A DNA stretch of 64,000 nucleotides, taken from contig CAVYYI010000003.1 of assembly GCA_963772725.1 (NCBI GenBank), positions 1 to 64,000 of the forward strand, given 5' to 3'. Position numbers and translations under genes: made by a program. This document shows positions 57,258 through 64,000 of the stretch, piece by piece (position 1 is the first letter of the stretch; every line of letters begins with the position of its first letter). The DNA is from an uncultured Phycisphaerales bacterium. Lineage in GTDB: Bacteria; Planctomycetota; Phycisphaerae; Sedimentisphaerales; Anaerobacaceae. The notes under the pieces were generated by a model. It was not told where the DNA came from. It ran no database searches and was given only the letters and a program-made list of their open reading frames with translations.

Positions 57258-59369
57258 ATGTACGAAAAAAAAATTAAAATCTTTATTGTTTTAGGCCTTA
57301 TCGCCCTATCTGTCTGCATAGCAGGACTGATTAACCTTCAGCTCCTTTCAGGCTCGTACTACCTCACGAAAATCGAGGACATGAAAGAGCAAAAAGGTTA
57401 TTCAAAACAGTTCAAAACACTCCGCGGCAAAATTCTCGACAGAAAAGGCAGGATAATTGCCGAAGACCGCCTGAGATTTCAGGTGCAGATTAACTACTCT
57501 CTTACCCGCTATTGGGACGAACGCATCCAGCGAGCCGAATTACTCACCGCCTCACTCGCGAAAAAACCAGACGAGGCAATCAGCGGGACATCCGAAAAAA
57601 TCGAAAACAGCATCAGAGATTTACAGCACGTGATAGATAAGTGCGCTCAATTCGGCATGAGCCGTGCTGATATCGAAAATAAAATCAGGACAATCAACGA
57701 CCAGGTATGGAACACCTCAACCATCATCGCCTGGGTACGAAATTATTCCAATCCCGACATTTTAAAAACTTACAATAACGACCCTGAGTCTATACCTCTT
57801 TCCGCAATATTTGCCGACTTCCGGCAAAAAGAGCCTAACGAAAATAAACGCCTTCTGGCCATTGTCAAAGCCGCCGATACCGCTGACTCACAAAAAGACT
57901 GGCCTTTGATGGATTTGAAAACAGATGAAGAATTATTTTCCGCCCAGCTGGAATTTATGGATATAACCGGCGTTAACGTTAAGGCCGAACTGTACCGATT
58001 CTATCCTTTCAACTCCGCCGCCTGCCAGACAATAGGTTGGGTGGCCCCCATTCAAAATGATGATAAAAATCTCTTCGGCGATGACCCCCTGCTCAAGTAT
58101 CAGGACAGCGACTTTTGCGGCAAGGAAGACGGGATAGAATATGTTTGCGAACCAATTCTGCGAGGCAAACGCGGCAGAGTTATTTATGATATAGATAAAA
58201 AACTGGTAAATCAAACCGATACCCAGTTCGGAAAAGATGTCCGGCTGACTCTCGATATTGAGCTTCAGCAAAAAATTGAACAATACTTTTTAAATCCCGA
58301 ATTCAACCCAAATCATAAATCGCCGTGCGCAGCGGCAGTTCTTGACATCGCCACAGGAGAAATTCTGGCGCTAGTCTCAACGCCCGTTTTCGATTTGAAC
58401 CGTATCCGTTATGATTACGGCAAATTCGCTCCAGACCCCTGCGGCCCTTTGAAAAACCGGGCGATAAACGAACAGTATCCGCCAGGCTCTGTCATAAAAC
58501 CTTTAATTCTTATCGCGGGACTGGAGACAAACAAAATCGGCGCCAATGAGCCGATTTCCTGCCCCGGACACGCCCCGCCCAAAGGCTGGCCTCAATGCTG
58601 GATACAGAAAAAAAATTCATGGCAGGGTCACGACGACCTCTGGGGGCAGGGTCAAAATATCGGCCGCAATGCCCTTAAAGGAAGCTGCAATGCCTATTTC
58701 TCGCATCTGGCCGATAGAATCGAGCCGCTGAGTTTGCAGAAATTCCTGTTCAATTTCGGTTACGGCCGCGAAATATTGTTCTGCGCCGATGAAACCGAAA
58801 AAAAAGAACTCGAGCGAAATTTAAGGCAGCCTTGCGGGGCCATATCTAATGTCAATACAAGAGTAACAATTACTGATTTCAATCAAATTCCCCCGCTTAA
58901 CCCATCGGAAAGAAGATGGTTCGGCATAGGACAGGGCAGTTTGCGTGTTACCCCGCTGCAGGTCGCCGGCGCGATGGCCTCCATTGCCAGGGGCGGAATA
59001 TTCAAAACCCCCTGCCTGATTGATAACTCAAACAAATCCGCATCGGTATCGCTCAATATCTCCCCGCAAACGCTCTACGTCGTCCGGGATGGTATGTCTG
59101 CCGTTGTCAACGAAACAGGTGGAACAGCTTATGAACAGTTCGCTTACTCCAATTTTACCGCACAGGGTGTAAAAGTTTACGGCAAGACAGGCTCAACCGA
59201 ACGGCCTTTTCACGCGTGGTTCGCGGGCTTTGCCGAAAATGGCACTGGACACGGCATCGCCCTGGCGGTTATCGTCGAGGGCGGCCAGCACGGCGCCACA
59301 GACGCCGGCCCCCTGACTAAAGAAATAATCCAATTCTGCCTCGACGCCGGTTATATCGTCCCCCGCTGA
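57258..59369 (+). CDS. mrdA: Class B penicillin-binding protein (PBP2-like)
   Basis: RGKILDR, RFYP, LTLDIELQ, SVIK (SxxK), SCN, KTG; follows mreD. Confidence 0.88.
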   Translation: MYEKKIKIFIVLGLIALSVCIAGLINLQLLSGSYYLTKIEDMKEQKGYSKQFKTLRGKILDRKGRIIAEDRLRFQVQINYSLTRYWDERIQRAELLTASLAKKPDEAISGTSEKIENSIRDLQHVIDKCAQFGMSRADIENKIRTINDQVWNTSTIIAWVRNYSNPDILKTYNNDPESIPLSAIFADFRQKEPNENKRLLAIVKAADTADSQKDWPLMDLKTDEELFSAQLEFMDITGVNVKAELYRFYPFNSAACQTIGWVAPIQNDDKNLFGDDPLLKYQDSDFCGKEDGIEYVCEPILRGKRGRVIYDIDKKLVNQTDTQFGKDVRLTLDIELQQKIEQYFLNPEFNPNHKSPCAAAVLDIATGEILALVSTPVFDLNRIRYDYGKFAPDPCGPLKNRAINEQYPPGSVIKPLILIAGLETNKIGANEPISCPGHAPPKGWPQCWIQKKNSWQGHDDLWGQGQNIGRNALKGSCNAYFSHLADRIEPLSLQKFLFNFGYGREILFCADETEKKELERNLRQPCGAISNVNTRVTITDFNQIPPLNPSERRWFGIGQGSLRVTPLQVAGAMASIARGGIFKTPCLIDNSNKSASVSLNISPQTLYVVRDGMSAVVNETGGTAYEQFAYSNFTAQGVKVYGKTGSTERPFHAWFAGFAENGTGHGIALAVIVEGGQHGATDAGPLTKEIIQFCLDAGYIVPR

Positions 59370-59465
59370 GTGGTCAGCAAAAATAAATCTGCACCAGGAA
59401 AGATTTTCCTCGCACTTTAGGGGCGGGAAGTTATCATTATATACAATTGCGGTATAATTTCTGTC

Positions 59466-59529
59466 GTCATACCTGCGAAAGCAGGTATCCAGTTTTCAGA
59501 GTTTGGATTCCCGCTTTCGCGGGAATGAC
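59466..59529 (+). repeat. Double-hairpin REP-like element, copy 2
   Basis: gtcatacctgcgaaagcaggtatcc...ggattcccgctttcgcgggaatgac. Confidence 0.85.
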
Positions 59530-59569
59530 AAGAAAAAAGAATAATGGGAAGAATAGAAGGAGTATAAAA

Positions 59570-60316
59570 ATGTACTGTCCAAAATGCGGAAAAGAAAATC
59601 CTGATAATGCCAAATTATGCCAATCGTGCAGTTGGGTACTTTCGAGCATTGCCGCAACCGCACCCAATCCCAATGCCCAAACAAGCGGCCTGGCCATTAC
59701 TTCGCTGGTACTGGGTATCCTGAGCTTATTTACTTTTTTCATTACCGCTCTGCCAGCGATAATCTGTGGAATCATCAGTCTGGTTAAAATTGAAAAAAGC
59801 AAGGGCACCCTTAAAGGCAAGGGGCTGGCCATTGCAGGTATTGTCACGCCCGGCGTAATGCTGCCGTTATTTGCCCTTTTACTTGGAATTTTAATGCCTG
59901 CTCTTGCAAAAACCAGGACTATTGCATATCGAATGGTCTGCGGCGCCAATATATCCGGCTTGGGCAAAGCGATGATAATTTATGCTGATGATTTCAACGA
60001 TACTTATCCCGATAGTTCCAAATGGTGTGATTTGCTCGTCAAATACGTAGACGTAACGGAGAAAAGTTTTCATTGCCCCGGCAACAGTTCTAAAGGCAGT
60101 TGCGATTACGCTATGAATAAAAATATTGAAAAAATTGGCACGATGGCTCCTCCCGATATTGTATTACTATTTGAAAGCACTCCCGGCTGGAATCAGTCCG
60201 GCGGTCCAGAACTCCTGACTACAAAAAATCATAAAGGTGAAGGCTGCAACATATTATTCAATGGCGGACACGTAGCATTTATTCAAACCGAAGATATTAA
60301 TGACCTCAAATGGTAA
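59570..60316 (+). CDS. Zinc-ribbon + DUF4190-like TM pair + pilin-like helix + H-X9-DG-type C-terminus
   Basis: MYCPKCG...CQSC; GLAITSLVLGIL...GKGLAIAGI; LLGILMPALAK; HKGEGCNILFNGGHV; RBS aaggag. Confidence 0.75.
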   Translation: MYCPKCGKENPDNAKLCQSCSWVLSSIAATAPNPNAQTSGLAITSLVLGILSLFTFFITALPAIICGIISLVKIEKSKGTLKGKGLAIAGIVTPGVMLPLFALLLGILMPALAKTRTIAYRMVCGANISGLGKAMIIYADDFNDTYPDSSKWCDLLVKYVDVTEKSFHCPGNSSKGSCDYAMNKNIEKIGTMAPPDIVLLFESTPGWNQSGGPELLTTKNHKGEGCNILFNGGHVAFIQTEDINDLKW

Positions 60317-60347
60317 GCCAAATCGAAACGGTAATTGCAAATTTAAC

Positions 60348-61874
60348 GACTCTGTAGCATCTTTACCGGCAACATACCATTCCAGTCCTCTCATTATGAA
60401 GCATTGTTATAGTTTGTAAACGGCCTTGGGACTGCTCGTCACGCTGCATATCAATGGCCACACGCTGGCTAATATGGTCTTGAGTTCGCACTCTATAGAC
60501 ACTCTTTTGCATCTTTCGATGACGACGATAACCTCGTTCAACCGCGTTGGATGTCGATGGCAGTTGTGAATCATCGAGAAAGGTCAACGCCTTTTCAATA
60601 TTCGGCGTAAATAGTTTCTTAAGAGTTTGACCCAACGTTTTGAATCGTCGAACATGGCGGCGCAAGACAGCCAACCTTTCCAAGGCTGTTTCCGTGCGGC
60701 AACGGCGATCAAAGAGTCTGTAGACCTGATCCATGATCGAACGTAAATTTTTCAGATTGTGGCATTTTCGCGTTATACGTGAGAATATCTTCTTGTCTGC
60801 CTTACTGAGCGAATGCTGCACAAACAAGTGTCGATGCTCAAACAAATCGGCAATCTCATCGGTCTGTTTTTTCTTTCGAGATGCCGCTTTTCTCGCGGTC
60901 GAGGACGATGGACGGCCGCGTTGCAGCTTGGGCAGCTTCTTTTTGAGTTCTCGTCGCACCCGCGTAACAGCTTTGAGTATTTCTCTATTGATCTCCTTGA
61001 GAACATGAAATTCACATACCTGGTGGGCAACACCGGGGAATATCAGAGCCAGCGGCTCCGGGTATAACGGCGAGCCATCGGTCGTAACACCAAGCAGTGT
61101 CAGACCTCTTTGATCCAGTTCCGTACGGAACCGACGAAAGAAGTTTATCATATCTTCATGGGTGGGATTATGGTCAAGAACATCGTAAATGAGCCGTTTG
61201 AACGTGCGGTTATCCACGATGGACAATACACAGAACGGCCCATCATATAATTCATCCGCCGCGATATAACCGGAGAAATCAGTCAGAACACCATCAAGGT
61301 ATTCAGCAGTAATTCGTTTCTCAGCTTTTTCCCCCGTCGCTTCAACCCAGTTTTGAATTGTAGCCCAGGGGACGAAAACCCGATGATCTCGCCATAAGTG
61401 CCAGGATGCCGGCCGATATGGCAGGCCGTCTTCCACAACCAATCGCACTGCCAGGTGAACAACCCGGCGGGTATAGTGGCAGCCGGGATCCGCAAGGTCG
61501 CACAGGTCGGCATTGAAGTACTTCTTGCATTTTGAACAGCAGTGCTGTGAATAACTGACCCAAAGGTCGATCGGACGGTTGCCAGCCAAGTCTCCGAGGT
61601 CATGCAGTTTTCGTCTGAATATTTTGTCCCGATAGGATGGGTGGCCGCAATAGGGGCACGGACGCTTTTTGTATGTGCGTGAAAGTCGTTTGATTTTAGC
61701 TTTGGGTAAATCTTTAACACACGTAATACCTTCCGTTACATCCGATACATATTCACCTGGCCCAGCCATAATCGTGTCTCCTGAAAAATTCAGTTTATTT
61801 CTGTTCTTCCAGGAGTTTTATCGGCTAAGACACCAAGATTTCCTTAAATATACCGGTATTTATGCTACAGTCAC
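60348..61874 (-). mobile_element. ISL3-like insertion sequence with 8-bp TSD AATTTAAC
   Basis: IRs gactctgtagcatctttaccgg vs reverse complement gtgactgtagcataaataccgg; AATTTAAC at 60340-60347 and 61875-61882. Confidence 0.85.
60363..61769 (-). CDS. DDE transposase with N-terminal Zn finger (ISL3-like), intact ORF
   Basis: CPYC...HCCSKC, IAADE, VTTDG, CEFHV, TSNAVER. Confidence 0.85.
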   Translation of the reverse strand: MAGPGEYVSDVTEGITCVKDLPKAKIKRLSRTYKKRPCPYCGHPSYRDKIFRRKLHDLGDLAGNRPIDLWVSYSQHCCSKCKKYFNADLCDLADPGCHYTRRVVHLAVRLVVEDGLPYRPASWHLWRDHRVFVPWATIQNWVEATGEKAEKRITAEYLDGVLTDFSGYIAADELYDGPFCVLSIVDNRTFKRLIYDVLDHNPTHEDMINFFRRFRTELDQRGLTLLGVTTDGSPLYPEPLALIFPGVAHQVCEFHVLKEINREILKAVTRVRRELKKKLPKLQRGRPSSSTARKAASRKKKQTDEIADLFEHRHLFVQHSLSKADKKIFSRITRKCHNLKNLRSIMDQVYRLFDRRCRTETALERLAVLRRHVRRFKTLGQTLKKLFTPNIEKALTFLDDSQLPSTSNAVERGYRRHRKMQKSVYRVRTQDHISQRVAIDMQRDEQSQGRLQTITMLHNERTGMVCCR

Positions 61875-61877
61875 AAT

Positions 61878-62957
61878 TTAACAAATATTAACACGACATG
61901 ATAAATTAAGCTTGTTCAGTTCCCCCTGCAGGATTTGGAAGAACTTTTTGTTATCAGGCCAAATGATTTTATCATCGGTCGGATAAGGTTTGGCAAGCTC
62001 CTTGTTGAACCGTTTAATCGCGTCCTCGTCCAGTTTGTCCGCGGAAATACCCAAGCCCAGTTTTTCCGCATAGTAAGCGTTGACAATCTGCTCATACTGC
62101 CCCGCAAGAGGTAAAAGAAGCATCTTCTTTTTCAGATACATACACTCACTCATCAGCGAAAAACCCGCCGACGCGATAACCCCGCCGCCAGAGGCGACAT
62201 CAGTCAAAAAACCCTCTGTCGAACGTTTTTTGAATACGCAGTTGCCCGACTGGGAATCCTCATTAAACCCGTAAATATAAAATTTGCTGTCCGCGAATTT
62301 ATTGAGAAGCTCAACCTGTTCATTTTTTTTCTGTCCGGTAGTGGAATACAAAACAAGATGCTTTCCCTGCGTTGGTTTTAATGCTGTAACTTCAGGCCTA
62401 ATCACCGGCGGCACAAGAACCGCAGAATAACCACGCAAAGGCACATCAAAAAAGCTGAAAATGATATAGCAGGCCGCCCCCGTATAATAATATTTTGTAA
62501 CGAGCCTTGCATTAGTCCTCGTAAACAGTGTTTTGGGCTTATTCTCCAGTTTGCCTATCGTAAGAATATGCTCGTTGTCGATGCTGATAAACGGAACTCC
62601 ATTGCGTTTGGCCCAGCGTGCGCTGAAAGGCTCAAAATCCGATATGACCATATCCGGCTTAAAAGGCACGAAATAATTTTTGTAAAGCGCCGCGTTCAGT
62701 TTTCTTCCCGCACGCAATGTAAGCAGGTTTTTTTTCACCGTCTGAAGCGGGTCAACATAACCATCATCATACGCGAATGAAAGACCGTAAATCTCCTTCA
62801 CGCTGTCGCCGAAATATTCCGTAAGATATACCAGAGAACTCTTTGAGCCGACAAACATCACGTCGTTACCGGCTTCGATAAGTCTCTGGCCTATCAGTTG
62901 CGAACGGCTGCTGTGCCCGAATCCTTCGCCTGCTACTCCATAAATTATTTTCGCCAT
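61878..62957 (-). CDS. GT-B glycosyltransferase (MJ1255/VC2487-like)
   Basis: IIYGVAGEGFGHSSR, VISDFEP, ISIDN, SAGFSLMSE, PLAGQYEQ. Confidence 0.85.
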   Translation of the reverse strand: MAKIIYGVAGEGFGHSSRSQLIGQRLIEAGNDVMFVGSKSSLVYLTEYFGDSVKEIYGLSFAYDDGYVDPLQTVKKNLLTLRAGRKLNAALYKNYFVPFKPDMVISDFEPFSARWAKRNGVPFISIDNEHILTIGKLENKPKTLFTRTNARLVTKYYYTGAACYIIFSFFDVPLRGYSAVLVPPVIRPEVTALKPTQGKHLVLYSTTGQKKNEQVELLNKFADSKFYIYGFNEDSQSGNCVFKKRSTEGFLTDVASGGGVIASAGFSLMSECMYLKKKMLLLPLAGQYEQIVNAYYAEKLGLGISADKLDEDAIKRFNKELAKPYPTDDKIIWPDNKKFFQILQGELNKLNLSCRVNIC

Positions 62958-62981
62958 AAAACTCTTTCGGTTTCCTTTTTT

Positions 62982-63040
62982 GTCATTCCCGCAAAAGCGG
63001 GAATCCATAAAAAATAGATACCTGCTTTCGCAGGTATGAC
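62982..63040 (-). repeat. Double-hairpin REP-like element, copy 3 (inverted)
   Basis: gtcattcccgcaaaagcgggaatcc...gatacctgctttcgcaggtatgac. Confidence 0.85.
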
Positions 63041-63116
63041 AGAAAATGATTATTCATTCAAATCATGACAATTGGATAATATATTCCCTTTTCTCTTTTT
63101 GTACAACTCTTATGAA

Positions 63117-64000
63117 TTATAAATTATTATTTTCCAGGTATGTCAGCGTTTTTTCTATTATTTTACCTGCAACAGGCGCAGCTACCGCACCGCCGGTATA
63201 CCCCTTGCCAAGCTTTTTGTTGGGTTTGCGAACCGATACAAGAACGACAATCCTCGGATTCTCAGCAGGCGCTCCCGCCAAAAATGATGCCATATAATTA
63301 TCACCCGAATATCCTCTTACATTTGCCTGGGCAATGTTAGCCGTTCCGGTCTTTCCGAACACCTGCCATTTTTCAAGCTTCGCAGGTTTGCCCGTACCTT
63401 CGTTGACCACGTCAGTCAGTGCTTCGGTAACAAGCCATTTGGCAATTTCCGGCCTTATAATATAACCCACAGGCGGTGTCGGCTGCCTGAATTTTACTAT
63501 ATGACCATCCTTATCCACCGCCGCTTTAACAAGATATGGCTTAACACTCTTGCCGCCGTTGGCAATAATCGCAAATGAGCGTATTAACTGCATCGCTGTT
63601 ACTGTAATCTCCTGGCCAAACGGTATTCTCGTTACACTGTACCCTGTCCATCTACTCGCGGGCCAAACAAGTCCGTCCGCCTCGCCCGGTAAATCCAGGC
63701 CCGTCTTTTCGCCGAAACCGAACAGCTTAAGACCCGCATAAAGTTTGTTCTTGCCAAGTTTCTGGCCTATTTTGGCCATCCCTATATTGCTTGAGTGAAT
63801 CAGGATTCCTTTAACCGTCATACTGCCGTACCGGTGATTACTGTACTCGCTGATTGTCCCAAAACCTTTGCCGTGATAGCTGCCGTTTTCACAGTCTATC
63901 ACTGTGTTTCGGCTGATTGCGTTGGCGTCAAGAGCGATAGCCGCTATCATCGGCTTAATAACACTGCCAGGCTCGAATTCATCGGTTATAGCCCTGTTCT
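63117..64000 (-). CDS. Class B PBP transpeptidase domain (FtsI-like), 5'-truncated by the window edge
   Basis: Frame open to the edge: NRAITDEFEPGSVIKP (SxxK), SSN, FGQEI, GKTGTA. Confidence 0.85.
   Translation of the reverse strand, partial: NRAITDEFEPGSVIKPMIAAIALDANAISRNTVIDCENGSYHGKGFGTISEYSNHRYGSMTVKGILIHSSNIGMAKIGQKLGKNKLYAGLKLFGFGEKTGLDLPGEADGLVWPASRWTGYSVTRIPFGQEITVTAMQLIRSFAIIANGGKSVKPYLVKAAVDKDGHIVKFRQPTPPVGYIIRPEIAKWLVTEALTDVVNEGTGKPAKLEKWQVFGKTGTANIAQANVRGYSGDNYMASFLAGAPAENPRIVVLVSVRKPNKKLGKGYTGGAVAAPVAGKIIEKTLTYLENNNL

Overview
A 64 kb bacterial chromosomal window, most likely from a planctomycete (Phycisphaerae/Sedimentisphaerales-like). This is inferred from dockerin-like C-termini, YYWRIDE repeat modules, an H-X9-DG-type protein and an N-terminal-HTH membrane protein. 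Many conserved genes, especially at ~14.5-19.6 kb and ~28-47.5 kb, are broken by single-base indels that are probably long-read errors. In order, the window holds: the end of a repeat-rich secreted protein; an IS3 element inserted between the RBS and ATG of a beta-helix CAZyme; tRNA-Pro; a membrane-anchored GrpE-Hsp70-TerB/J triad; comM; an ECF sigma / anti-sigma-DUF4139 fusion / two further DUF4139 genes; a two-domain aspartic protease; waaA; a ~20 kb sigma54-linked nitrogen-assimilation region (NifA-like activator plus PEP-synthase-like gene, porin, amtB, glnK, GS type III, gltBD, carB-carA); a complete IS110 element; tRNA-Gly; tig-clpP-clpP; an orphan MTase-lnt; mreBCD-mrdA; an ISL3-like element with an 8-bp TSD; a glycosyltransferase; and a partial FtsI-like PBP. 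Best leads: (1) the IS110 element, whose bridge-RNA guides, CT cores, circle-junction promoter and repeat-like target can be read from the sequence; (2) the ECF/DUF4139 operon; (3) the atypical Hsp70 triad; (4) paired ACA-N4-TGT sites upstream of both sigma54 promoters. All family calls come from reading motifs by eye; no database search was run.
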